DNA of 63,986 nt, filler included, from Sphacelaria rigidula (GCA_964200075.2; 6 parts of 6 records of this genome joined end to end with filler, not necessarily neighbours in it); one strand, 5' to 3'; shown: positions 1-12,507, numbered from the whole stretch's first letter. A program made the numbers and translations. Notes: a model not told the origin generated them from the letters alone.

Positions 1-779
1 AGAGCATCAACGTGCGGAGAGATTCGGTCGTCTCTTCTTGCCTGTCGCCAACGCGAAGATCGATTTCTCTCTGCCTCTCCTTTTGGACAGGACGTGCCTC
101 TGTGCGCTGAGAAACATGTTGAAAAAATAGGGCAATCTTCCTGTCACCGCTACTACTGCTCTCTGTCACACACATGTCAGCAAGGACGGTGTTGCGGCAA
201 TAACAGATAGATCCAATTTGAACTTAGGGGGTGTTATTCATCGTTGAGTTTCGCCGACGTCCCGACCCAAGGGGGTGCCCAAGCAGAAGGGCATGTCACA
301 CGCCAGTTGAGGGGGGTGTATGAGATATCAAACACTTGTAGAAACCTACAAGACGGACGGGACCGGGGCGCAGCCCCGCGTCCCGTGCGGCTTGTATTTT
401 AGTAAAATAGTGAAAAAAACCCGTCAGGGAGCGACCTGCCCAATCATGGTGGGGTGAAAGTTGTCGTCCAGACTGGAACGACCAGTGTAGGAATTGTGAT
501 CGAATTTGACGTCACTGGCAAGATCGTGTAGGGGCCCTGTTCCTGGCCCAGATAAAACGCTATCCCAGGCATCCAAAGTCCGGATGGCCGGGGAACGATT
601 TCTCGTCAAACCTATATTTCTGACGGGCTCTTGCTACTTTTGTTGTGTCATGGATGACGGCTCTTCCCGTGACGGCTGTCAACGACACAGCTTATTATTT
701 ATGGCGGGGGCCTTCGTGTCGCCACGCCTCGATCCCCGGCGCCCTTTCCCCGCGTTCTTAGCAGCGGGGACAGATCCTT

Positions 780-1325
780 AGGAGTCATGGACCTCAATAT
801 AGTGGCCGAAATATTTCTTCTGTCCTCTCTCTGATGTGGGATGGCCTTCACGGCACGCAGGTTCTCCTGCATGTGGTCCCACCAGTATTTCAAAGGCCGA
901 CCAGCCTCTTCAGACCCTTGTGTGGTCAACCGCCCGAACATGATACCTCTCGGGAGATGCGTTTCTTCCTGTCGGACAAGGGTCCCCTTAAGCCAGATTT
1001 GACGCTACGTGCGGATTCTTGTCTCGGCACGTTTGCGCTTGCTAATCCAAAGTACAGCGCTGTATGACGCAGCGAAGTTGTGGTGGGCAGTGCGTAAAAT
1101 CTCGAAATCGTCTGGGCACAGCATCCACGTAACACCCCCGTACAGCATGGCTTCCATCACCTCTGCTTTGAGCTAACAGAGATTTGATCCATTTCTGAGC
1201 ATTGGGTCGATCATAGAGCTAGGAGTCATTCTTTCCGAGGAATATCCACGCGGCGCTGATGCGGCGAATGACTTCGAGGAAACTATTTCCATCTTCACGA
1301 ATAGCACGAAGGGGGACAAAGTCGT
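780..1325 (-). mobile_element. Decayed RTE-type non-LTR retrotransposon (LINE), 3' part of RT ORF
   Basis: Minus-strand frames stitch to FVPLRAIREDGNSFLEVIRRISAAW..LYDRPNA../LKAEVMEAMLYGGVTW..LRTAHH../GIMFGRL..GRPLKYWWD, the post-RT region of RTE-like LINEs, with stops and frameshifts. Boundaries approximate. Confidence 0.75.
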
Positions 1326-1329
1326 ACTG

Positions 1330-2750
1330 GATTCGGCGGACTGGAACCAGCGATCGATACGGGATAGGGAGGCTGAAACCCTTCCCATGAGACCAAAATA
1401 CCAGGTATGTAACTAGAGCTACAGACAAGGTGAGAATCGGAATGAACTGATGCTCAACTCTGCAAGTATGGATTGGTCGGAGAGCCTTGGGGGATCCTGT
1501 CCTACTTTTTCGGCATTATCGTTTCGGGTTGAATATTCGGTGCGGTGCCACAGAAACGGCTGGACGTCACTATCGAAGTGCTGCACATGAGAAAGGATGG
1601 GATCGAGAGTGGTGACCGTAGGGGCCGCTCTTTCGCGGCTCATGCTTATTACATTATCTCAACATCGAAGCCCAAGATCTCGACAGTTTCCGCGAGGAGG
1701 CGGGGATTTCGCCGAAAAGCAGTGCGGACTCTGGCTCCAGCGCTCGACTACCGACATGATGCTTGTGGTATGCCAGTTGCAGAAGTTGATGTGGGCGAGC
1801 AATACAATTGTGGACACGTGCTTTGTTGAGCGGTACATGGGCTACAACTACAATCGTACGCACGCTTCTGCATAAGGTGTTCACGCGTCTTGGATTCTCG
1901 TCGCGGATGATCAAGGTCGTTTTGTATGGTCCACGATGGGCAGGACCTCAAGAAGCAATGTATTCTGTGTCCAATGCCTGTTAATATCGTCGCAGCGATG
2001 ATCGACCTGTTTTTGCAATGATTTGTGGCAGGCCCTGCTATTGCATCGGGGTTAGTATACTGAGATGGTGCAACTGATGATGAGGATGGTAGCCCGAAAG
2101 GAGATAAATCGTCAGAGAGATTGGCACGCGGTTTGAGGAATGACTGCGGATTGCGAATGATGTATGCGCAGTTTTGAGACATCTATGCAGGCCTGCCAGG
2201 ATGTCGGCTGTCATACGTGGCTGTGCCTGCCAGAAATTCATACTAACGGGAGAAAACGATATTCGAAAATGCAGTTATGATCAGTACCCAGCTCCTCACG
2301 TACCGCATCGGATAATCGAGGCAGCGAACAAACGGTAGTAACAGATGGCTGAGCACCTCAAAACGTTCATCAGGGGAGGGTGGGTGCACCTCAAAAACTA
2401 CATTTCACACCTCCACGGATCGCGCCAATGCCTACCGATTGCTTAAGAATGTACCAGCTGCTCAAAGTGAGGGTGGAGGGGAAGCCACTCACTATACGGA
2501 TGTGCCATGTGAACCGTGAGCTCGGAGGATGTCGAGGGTTTACGCACCGCCCTCCACAAGCTCCTTTCACAAGCAGTTGACTTCCGCGGTAAGATTCGCA
2601 CAGCGCGCCAGATATTTTCGTGGAAACCTGTACCCGAGATGACCTGGTGCGAGTGTATCGAAAAGACTACCCGCAAGCACCGCCTCTGGCTCTCAGGGAC
2701 CCCTATCCGGCACCATGACACACGTCTCCCAAACAGCCGATTATTGAAAT
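1330..2750 (+). mobile_element. Decayed RTE-type LINE, reverse transcriptase region (second copy)
   Basis: Collinear RT motifs on +: GAVPQKRLDVTIEVLH (VPQxWKDAxIxxLHK), EKQCGLWLQRSTTDMM (QxGFRxxRSTxD), DTCFVE (FID), then LYGCA..LRTALHKLL..CIEKTTRKHRLW; many stops and indels. Confidence 0.75.
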
Positions 2751-2800
2751 TGAGGATGGAGCTTTTCATTGAGGATAAGAACCCGGAGGATTGAAATCTT

Positions 2801-3140
2801 TCACAGGCACCGTAGGTAAGGTACCGTACCGAGCGTACCCCCGGTATTTCCCGGGGTATCCGGTACCACGGTATGCGTGGGTATCGAAGGTATGAGTTTT
2901 GAAAATACCTGATTGAGCGGGTACGGTCGGTATTGGTATCTCAAAATCCCGTGATATCGTAGGTACCGTAGGTATGACACATGAAAATACCTGATTGGGC
3001 GGGTACGGTAGGTATTGGTATCTCGAAATACCGTGGTATCGTGGGTATCACAGGTATAAGCTTTGAAAATGCCCGATTGGGTCAGTATCGGTAAGGTTTG
3101 AGATGTCCCAAATACCAGTACCGGGTACCTGTCTTACCCT
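2801..3140. repeat. GGTA/TACC-rich repeat with an 82-bp tandem unit (probable non-autonomous DNA-transposon fragment)
   Basis: GAAAATRCCYGATTG recurs at 2901, 2983 and 3065 (82-bp period); dense GGTAC/GGTAT motifs. Confidence 0.7.
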
Positions 3141-4085
3141 CTATACCGAATTCGAAACTGTCATCCGGCAGTGCGGAGAAGCGTTTCAGGGCGTGTCTTG
3201 GCAAAACTATACATATATCGAAAAAATGTGGCGGTGGAATTTATTTGAGCAAACATCGCACATTTATGTCGAGTTGGGTCCAATCAAATTTTCCAGCCTG
3301 CGATCGAAAAAAGACGGTGAAATTTGTGAAACGGTACATGGTCACTCGTGTATGGTGCAGACAGTCTGTATTGTCAGTGTGTCTCGAGTGCGTGAGTGCG
3401 TGTTTCCTACAGTAAGGTTTTCAAGAGAAGCCGGCAACGTGCAGTGCAGACAGCCCAGGATAATCAGTTCTCTCTGCCCACAATGCGACGTGAAAAGGAC
3501 TTCAACGACGTGCAGCTTTGTACTGGCGGCACTGTCCATGAGCGTGTACGCAACTCGGTTGCCCACCGTACCACGCAGTTCCGTCGCTGATCATACCATG
3601 GAAGAAGATGCGCAAGGTTTGGCCAACAAAAAATATAGAAAGCATACCCAATTACTGCAGCGTATCTATACCTGTGCTCAACTCGTACTCGATGCTGCAG
3701 GGTTGGGATGATAGCTGAGAATGAGTTGGATGTACTTAGCACGGCTCTGTGAACGGATGTTCTCTTGCGTGGTGGTCTGTAAGATAGGAGTCGAGTGTCG
3801 CTTCGTGCTCTTCGACCTGGGTGTATTCAGTAAGAATACGAGGTTTGTGTTGGCGGATGACGAATTATAAGGCATGTACTCTGGTGTATGCCGAACTTGA
3901 AATGGAATATAAGGGATCGCGTGACCAAGGCGCAAACGCCACCGAGTTTGGTCAAGCGGGCGAGATTGGTCTGGTGCAAGAGCACCAAAGAAGCAGACAG
4001 GATCAGTCGGGACCAGTTGACCAGACAGCGACACACCAGCAGTCTCAGTAGTACAGTAGTCCCTGGCACTTGATCGATTTTTACA

Positions 4086-6121
4086 ATGAACGACACACCA
4101 GAATCGGGAACAGTAACAGGAGCAGCAGCAGAAGCAGCTTCGCAGAGCCAAGGCCAACACCAGCACAAGGGCACATCAGGAGCTTGAGTAACGGCGGGAG
4201 CAAAAGGGGGAAGGGCTGCAGGAGGGGAACCAGGTCGGTCCCGACACCACAAGCCGGAGGCGCGCACAGCAACCCGATCTCCGCCAACCAGCACGCAGGC
4301 CCGCAGGGTAGTGCAGGCCAGTTAAACACTGACGCACCAGCACACCCACCACCCCCACTCGGACCCCCACCTGGCCCAAGCCAGCCGTCAGACATTCTAG
4401 CTCCAACCCTGCAGGCACACGTAAAAACGAACATCAACATGGAACAGCAACACCAGCAAAACCTCCACAGACAGCAGCAGCAGAGCCAAGCAATATCGAC
4501 CGTTCAACAGCAGGTACATCTTCTCCAGTACTGACAACCACAACCGCAAGGCGGGGCCGGCCGGCAGCAGGCGAGCGCCGCACAGCAACAGCACATAGCG
4601 GGGGGGAAGAGTAAATGAGCTCTCCCTGCTTACACCCAACGCCCCACTGCCGCCGCTCATCGGAGGGCCACTACCGCAACACCAACACCAACAGCCGCAA
4701 CCACATCACCATCACCAACAACCGCAACAGCAGCAGCAATATCATCCACCGCAGCAGCAGCAGCAGCAGCAACACCAACAGCCGCAGTAGCAACACCAAC
4801 ACCAACAGCCGCAGCCGCGGCAGCACCATCAGCAACCGCAACAGCACCAGCACCACGTACAACAATACCATCAACATCAACCACAGCAATACTGCCAGGC
4901 ACAGCCGCAATCTCAGGTCCACCAACTCCTCCAGTTTCTCGATGATGGGGGAGGAGGACAGATCCAACAACTCATTCATGCAATGGGAGCGGCCAACACC
5001 GCCCCCGCCAGTACAAGGAAGGCCGAACAAATGCAGGAGAAGCGGGAGATCAACAGGTGGCTCTCGGACGAAAACAAGGCACTCTTCCACATTTCCAGGG
5101 ACGGGGTCTCCATTTTCATTCCTAATGTCTGACACGAACCTGAAGGTCAAACTCCACGACGTAGCAGACATCAACCGGGGCATGCTCATCAAGCTTCAGA
5201 CGTTGACCGACGAAGACGTCGCCAACTTTCACTCCCCGGTGCCGCCTGGCATGAAAGCAAAGTTACTTCCGCGCCGAGGTGCACGTCACCACCTTCACCA
5301 AGGCGATGGCCATCGTCATCGACTTCGGCACCAACGACAACGACGGCGGGTGGGATAGGAGAGCTTTCTTCACGGGGGAGCTGACGAGGATGGCGTCGGC
5401 GCTGAACGCGTACACCGGGAAAAACTACGCCGCTCTACACAGAGACGAGGCGGCCGTAAAAGCCCGCAGAAGTACCGACTTCAATCACGACATCAACGGG
5501 TGGCTGGCAGACTGCAGGGACGCTGGGCTGAATCTGCGCATGGAGTCTCCCGCCGCCCCACCCACGAACGGGTAGGGCCCCGCAACGCCGGTACCAGCGT
5601 TCACCCGCGTGAAGATGCTCACCGCTGACGGCCACCCCAGCAGCCTCATTGGACGCCAAAACCCCGGGCTCACCGTAGCAGGCTCACCCGCGCAGCCCGC
5701 CTCCAGGACAGCCGTCAAGCGGAAGGCGCTCCCCGACGGAGGCACGAGCAACGCGGTAAAACGCGTCGCCCCCCATCCTTCGTCGTACCCGCCCCAGTGG
5801 CTATACCTCACGCCGCCGAACACCGATTTCAACACGGAACTGGCGTCATGGGCCCTGCCGGCGGGCGTCTGCTTACGAGCATGGTAGGGCCTCACGTGCC
5901 CACGGGGGGGCGGCGGCCGCCTCCCGGACCACTCCAACAAGCATGAAGCCATCGGAGGTCCTCCCCTCCAGCCGCCAGTGGTGGTCAAGATAACTCCAAC
6001 GGCGGCGACGGCGGCGACGGCAAAACCACCAGCACCAGCGGCACCGGCGGCCGCAGCGAGTACAGTGGCGCGGTTTTCCCGCAACTTCGGCGGAAATGGC
6101 GGAGCTGGGCGGAGCACCTGA
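4086..6121 (+). pseudogene. gag-like ORF1 of the YR retrotransposon (Gln/Pro-rich N-terminus, degenerate CCCH-like finger)
   Basis: CAG/CAA/CCG-rich tract ~4440-4910; one frame 5279-6121 interrupted by TAG at 5573 and 5885; VCLRAW*GLTCPRGGGGRLPDH resembles a decayed zinc finger; ends NFGGNGGAGRST*. Confidence 0.6.
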
Positions 6122-9100
6122 GGGTGCGGGCTTCGCCAGTCGGTGGGGCATACCAGTCTGGGGGGAGAAGGAGCACTGATCATGGACTCAGCGAGGTTGG
6201 TGGGTATCGCCCAGGCCCCCCAACTGGGGTCGGTGGCGGCAAGCTTCTTTCACGGTGAGAGCAAAAGTACCGACGCATGTAGTAGCCCTAAAGCACGTCA
6301 CAGCGGTAGATCGCGTAGTCCCATTCCGCATTACTCACGCCCGACAAAAAAGTCGATGACCAACCCCACCAAGACGTACTGTAACGAGGAAATGTCGGCA
6401 GGGTACACTAGATTGGACGATAGAGCCCACACGCATGAAATATTCGATGAAATCACCGCCCCGTGCAATAGCACGAAAAACAACAAACACGCGAACAACG
6501 GCCCGCACGACCACAGTAACCGGTCGACTCTGAGGTACAACGGAATGCACGAGCGTGCACAGGTAAGTCAGCAACAAGATCAGGTAATCTGCTCGTCCAT
6601 TACTAACGAAAACAACGATAGTTCACGTAGACACCACGCCAAAACCACTTCGCACATCCCCACGGACAGGAGACGTGTAGAAGCAGATCCGGCGGTCGGC
6701 AGTTACGCACAGGTAACCCTGAACGTCGGTAGATCAGACAATAACAGAGCTCATGCTCCCCGTGAAATTCGAACCACACCCAATGCAAAAGAAGACCCGG
6801 CGTTCGGCAGTTCCGAGGGAACCCTGGATAACGGCACGTTCATGTTGACGAGTGGAAAGCATGCAAGAGTTCGAACCAACCATCATCGCACAGATGAAGA
6901 CCCAGCGACGGGCAGTTACCCACAGGTAACCCTGAACGTCGGTAGATCAGACAATAACAGAACTCATGCTCCCCTTGAAATTCGAATCACACCCAGTGCA
7001 GAAGAAGACCCGGCGTTCGGCAGTTCCGAGGGAATCCTGAACAACGGCACAGCCACATTGACGAGCGCAAAGCGTGCAAACTCGATAACTAGTAACATAA
7101 GGAGAGCAAAAGAACATAGAAGTGCAGAAGAAGACCCGTTGTCTGGCAGTTCCGAGGGAACCCTGGACAACGGCAAGTCCATGTTGACGAGGGGAAAGCG
7201 TGCACGAGTTCAAAACAGCACCTGGTGCACTAAAACAAAGCCGTTGAGCAATAGTTACACACAGGTAGACCCAGACAACGGCTCGCACACGTTGACGAGT
7301 GAGAAGCCGGCAGAGAAAAAGAACAACACCAACAGTAGGAGATCATCGGTAGGCGAAATTTCGGGTCGGTGGGAAACTCACCTCCAGTTGGGACCACACG
7401 CCACCGAAGCCCAACCGTACACACAGACCACCCAAGCAGAAACCTCAGTACCCGGTGGAAACAGCAATAGCAAGAACTATCGAGTACACACATAGATCTC
7501 ACCGAAATGAAACGCATCATCACAGACCTAGCCGCCACCTGCACGAGTCTCGTCCGACTCAACCACGGAAGAATCGGGGACGTTGCAAAGGGACCCGGCG
7601 GCACTTTGGTGTCACCGCGGATGAACTTGAGAGACATCCACGAGTGTTCCGGAAACCAAAAACACTGCCCTCGGATACGAGAACTTCTGCACATGACTGA
7701 GTACGGAGTCCCAATGAACACATCGTCTCGCGATCCCGATCCTCGAGGAGCGCTGAAATACGGTAATCACCGCAGTATTGAAGAACATATGCCTCAAGTC
7801 TGGGAGAAGTTGGTGGAGGATGTACGAAGGAACAGATGCCTGGTGTTTGAAAAAGGGACGGCGTTCGAAATCAGCGGCCTCAGAGTGGCCCCGCTTGGGG
7901 CAGTAATAACTAGCAAAGTCAGGATTATCAACGATTTTTCGTTTGACCCCAGCGTACCGAAGGGAGACAAAGGCGGCCTCAACCGGGACACGATTGTGAA
8001 CGAGGTGTCGCAATGCCTCTTCGGAGAGGCACTCCCAAAACTACTGAATGAATTCCTGAAGTTTCGTGTCAAGTTTCCGGATAGCAGAATCCTACTGTCA
8101 AAGGCGGACGTCTAGAATGCATTCAGAAATGTCAGGATCGCGCCCGACCAGGCGCAAAACTGCTGCTACGTGGTAGACGACGTTTTAGTAGCAGACTTTT
8201 GGCTCACGTTTGGATGGACGGGATCCCCCGGCTACTGGGGACTCTTATCACAGGTCACTGAACACTCACACTGCAATACCACAGTACTCGACGCCGCAGT
8301 ACTCGAAGAAGGTAGAGAGGTGATGAAACACGTGACCATAGTAGAGCCCTGGGAAGAAGGAACGCGTAAAAAGGTCCTGCCCGACGCTGCTATTTCTCCA
8401 GCAACCGGGGGGTGCTGCACAACCCTTTTTCGTTGGCGTGTATGTGGACGGCTATATCCTAGCAAGGGTACAGCACGGCGCGCAAGATAAATCGGCGCTA
8501 GTCGCGTCAGCTTCGCTAGCCTCAGATCACATCAGACTGTTCTGTCCCGGAGAGCCAGGCGCGATACCCACTCTCGAACCGAAAGAAAGTACGAACTGGG
8601 ACACAAGTGTAGACGCGTTGGGATTCACGATCGACACACACACCATGAGGATAGCGCTCACTCGAGAAAAGGTCGAAGCTATCAAGTAATCGCTGAAGCG
8701 CGACTGGCCCACGGACGAGACACGCGCGACCGCGCATGACGTACTTAGCATAGCTGGAAAACTATGGAAGCTCACGTTCGTTGTAAGATCCGGAAAATAT
8801 TTCGTATAGTAACTACTACGCCTCACCGACGTACATGTAGCCGCAAAAAAGAAACGTAAGATGAGACGAACAGTAAACTTTGGCTGGGAGTCTCACGAGG
8901 ATATCGCCTTTAGGAAATGGGCTATTGCGGAGAACGTAGTGCAACGCGGTGAATCGCTTAGCGCCCCGTTCTTTGCCCACACCAAACGCACCGCATCTCG
9001 TAGATACATCTCCGACGCCAGCCTGGCAGCGGTAGGAGGGTACTGCCCAGAACTCGGGTTATTCTGGCGGTACTCTTCACCACATGAGCTCACATGCGAA

Positions 9101-9667
9101 CTGAAGAGAAAAGCAAGGAATAGAGAAACCTGTGCGATCACTATCAATTTCTTAGAATCGTGTGGAATGTTCATGACCGCCTGCGCTATCCAGATGTTTA
9201 AGAGAGAAAGGCCAACAGAGAGAGGGGACCCAATCCTGATGCGCAGCGACAACTCGTGGGCTGTACACTGGGTAAATATATGCGGGGGATCAAAAGACAG
9301 ACGCGCCACCCTCCTGATGCAAATGATGGGTCGCATGGAAGTCGCCACCGGGTGGTGTACTGAAGCCAAACACATGCCTGGCGTCGAGAACGAGCCGGCA
9401 GACGGCATCTCGAGATGGCCGGAGTCGGAGGTAGCCGAGAGGGTAGCATGGTTGTCAGGGAATCTCAGTTGGAAGCGGCAACATCCGAGAAATCGAGGCA
9501 GAGAGATACTCGAATTGAGTCTGCAAGAGAAAACCCTGAACCATAGCCTAGATGAACAGATCTGGAACATAAACCGACGAGCAGACTATACCCGCGCTGA
9601 ACTCGTGATACCATTGCAGGACAAAAGGGAGGCCCCGCCAGAGACAAGAAGGGCGTTGCAAAGCTAG
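6122..9667 (+). pseudogene. pol (reverse transcriptase + RNase H) of the YR retrotransposon
   Basis: RT: YGNHRS, VAPLGAV, KVRIINDFSF, LLSKADV*NAFRNV, LTFGWTGSPG, YVDG at 8441-8452 (YxDD with second Asp lost), LGFTIDT. RNase H: YISDASLAAVGG, INFLE, SDNSWA, HMPGVENEPADGISR. Several stops and frameshifts. Confidence 0.9.
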
Positions 9668-10495
9668 TAGTAGCACTACTAGTCCACGCGCCAATTAACG
9701 CCAGCACAAGAAGCGTGTACGAGAGAAAGTTCGAAACGTGGTCCGAGTGGAGGGCCCGCCGAGAAAAGCCCGTATATATGTCAAGGACCGACGGCGAGGC
9801 TAGCGCGGTCATCGATATCACTGAATTTATTGCGTCGCGGCTTTTTACTCACAAAGACCAGAGGGGGATAGTGCGGGGGTATTTGTCCGCGATAAGCTTT
9901 TACCACATGCATACCGATTGGGAGTTACTTATGAAACACTGTATGATAGCGGCCGTGCTCAAGGGAGTTGGTCGAGCACACGGAAAATCGGAAGTAAGGC
10001 CCCGCATGCGAAAACCGCTGACGCTATCGCTGTTGGTAGAAGGGAGAATGCTAGAGATGGATATGACACAGAACCGAGTCACATGGATAGGCCTAGCCCT
10101 ATCGTATTTTCTTCTATCCAGGGCCTCCGAAATCGGGGCATACAACGATGCTTCGGTACATCCAGATTTTTGCCTCGGGAGGGGAGACCTTACCTTTCTC
10201 AGGGAAAACTCCTAACTGATCTGGTCAGATAGGGGCATGGCCGATAGGGTTGAGGTGCATTTTAGAGCCTCCAAGGCGGACCAAAACCCCCTAGGGGCGG
10301 TGGAAACTCGAACAAGAGTAAGGGGAAGCGCGCGGGGCGCCAAAAGATCTGAAAACACAGGGGCGCTAGAGCTCCTACTCGAGCTGCTTGACTAGCACTC
10401 AGAGTTTGGGGCAGAAGCTCCATTGATGCAGACCGCAGGTGAGATCGGACGGGTAGCAGTCACTCGGGCACGTGCGACGAGCGCGCTTAGCACGT
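9630..10495 (+). pseudogene. Tyrosine recombinase (phage-integrase family) of the YR retrotransposon, truncated
   Basis: N-terminal STRSVYERKFETW..YLSAISFYH..VLKG, RKPLT, GLALSYFLLSRASEI (catalytic Arg), VHFRASKADQ (catalytic Lys); TAA at 10213; HxxR and catalytic Tyr motifs absent. Confidence 0.88.
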
Positions 10496-10583
10496 CGGGT
10501 TCTCGCCGGACCAGGGGGGGGGGGGGGGGGGGGGGTGGGTGACCGGGAGGGTGGGCACAAACTAACACAAATACTTCGGGTGT

Positions 10584-10683
10584 NNNNNNNNNNNNNNNNN
10601 NNNNNNNNNNNNNNNNNNNNNNNNNNNTTAATTAATTAANNNNNNNNNNNNNNNNNNNNNNNNNNNNNNNNNNNNNNNNNNNN
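10584..10683. other. Artificial contig linker
   Basis: 44 N + TTAATTAATTAA (stops in all six frames) + 44 N. Confidence 0.99.
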
Positions 10684-12507
10684 CGATGAAGTGAGCTTGA
10701 AACGTGCGAACTCCCACCTACTCGATTTTGATATGAAATATATGTTTCGGGTATAATGGAAAACACTGCACTAGGTTTTCGAGTTTCGCAACCAAACCAC
10801 GTACATATAATATGTTTGTTGAACCACCCGGGACGTATAACACCAACCTGCTTTATTTCGAGGCATTCTGTACCGCCTTCCAAGGGGGTCTTCACGCTGG
10901 GACCCACGGAAGACGCCAAAAAGCAGCGAAACTATGAAACAGTGTTAACAATACGGCTTGTTTCCATTTATAGCACCAATACCTGCGGCACTGCCTTTTT
11001 GAGGACGATCTCAGATTTTACACCACCAATATGGGGAAGCCCTTCCGTGGTCTTTCGTGCCATTTGTAAGTGGCAACCACACAATGCCAACCCCCCACAT
11101 CCTCGACAGAAACTAACCCACGGTGTGAGGTATAACTCGATCCCATATAGCAATCGGTTCCACACATGTTTTTGTTAGATTCCGCGCTGATGCATCACTA
11201 GGATTCAAAGTACGTCTTGATCGAGTAAAATTTGGGTAGAGAAATCATGTTTTCAATTAATTAGAGCAGTTTGAAGAGCACTCATTGATATAGGTACCGT
11301 TTCGCCCTCAGCGTCGTCGCTATGGCCTTGGACAAAAATCCCGCTTTCATCCTCGTCGCCTGCTCTTTGCGGTCAGCTTGATACATGTGTTCGACGATTT
11401 GTTGGGTATCGCGGAAGGCATTTGAGATGATGACACAAGTTTGGTCAATGAGTGCGAACCAGGCTCCATTCTTCACCACATGTCAAACCACATCTCGAAC
11501 TCAACACGAAATCCATGTCATGTATCAATTTTAGAATGGGGGTATTGTGCGCGTCACGTCTCTTTGTAGATTAAAGATGACGTGGGGGTGAGGGTTCGAG
11601 GGCATTGATCGTTTCCCCGTGCCCAAAGGAATCGTCATACCCAAAATCAGCGCCATCCGCTGATTCTACGGTGACGAGGTTTACTCCGCACAGCGTTTAT
11701 CGGTGAGGAGGTATTTGACCGGGCTGTTGCGCAAGTGGGTTTCTGTCCCCAAATCAGATGACTCACGAGATTTGCGGATCACGACCGAACATGTCTGCGT
11801 CGATGAGATATGGCTGTGACAGCTCAGGCTCGTCTTCAAGCTGGCTCAGCTCATACACACTGCCGTAATATAATGACCGCCATTTGTTGTGAATTGATGT
11901 TATGCAGGTGATTTCGGTGCCCGAAATACAACATGCAGGAGTATATATTGCACAGTGCGTGGCAGAACTCTTTTTTGTACGAGTTCTTGGCAGTCCTGTT
12001 GTTCTATACATGCCGGCATCGATATTCGTTTCCTACGCGCCGTGCTCCATGTGAGCTGCTCTTTCAAAGCACCCTTCAGAGTAGAAACGAGTGACATCAT
12101 ATTTTAGCGGCGTGAGGTTGCCGTTTTACAATATTTTGAACTGGTGCACACCACAATCACATCGAACCATCCAGTGGGAGGGAAAATGCAGATGTGTTCG
12201 TCCCGGTAACGCTTTGCACCCATCCCGTGTCCACTCTTCATAGAATACAGATCGCCTTACTTTCACGAAAGAGCATAGGGCGATGAGAACGCAGGGCCAC
12301 CCCGTCCATGAGTAACTGATCCGGCGAGTACCATCTGGAATAAGGGGGTGGAAGTATTTACATTTCCCTTTGCGGTCTCGTGGACAGAAAATCACTGTAC
12401 ACCACTGTTCACGCCGTCATTGGACTGTCTCACTCGATCTACGCCCAAGGCTTGAAAACAAAAACCGCCAGCAGTCTAGCCCCGAAAAGACTGCCTGTAG
12501 CTTTTAC

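Larger units (their letters stand above)
3790..10495 (+). mobile_element. DIRS/Ngaro-type tyrosine-recombinase retrotransposon, inactivated, 3'-truncated near contig end
   Basis: Order gag-like ORF, RT, RNase H, tyrosine recombinase; no DDE integrase, protease or methyltransferase seen. 5' boundary uncertain; terminal repeats cannot be paired because the 3' end is missing. Confidence 0.9.

Noticed and set aside
420..627. MITE with CCCGTCAG..CTGACGGG ends
   Set aside because: Only 8 bp of inverted match and no clear TSD.
780..2352. Twin-priming 5' inversion of a single LINE
   Set aside because: The plus copy continues past the supposed inversion point to ~2750 and duplicates, in diverged form, the region held by the minus copy.
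4615..5358. Ser/Asn-rich ORF and antisense Leu/Val/Ala-rich ORFs as separate genes
   Set aside because: Alternative frames of the CAG/CAA-rich gag tract.
2901..7310. 82-bp and 213-bp repeats as CRISPR-like arrays
   Set aside because: Units are tandem with no unique spacers, no cas genes, eukaryotic context.
11282..12400. Short minus-strand ORFs as further ROCO exons
   Set aside because: None has the expected LFLxxxAL continuation or convincing splice sites.
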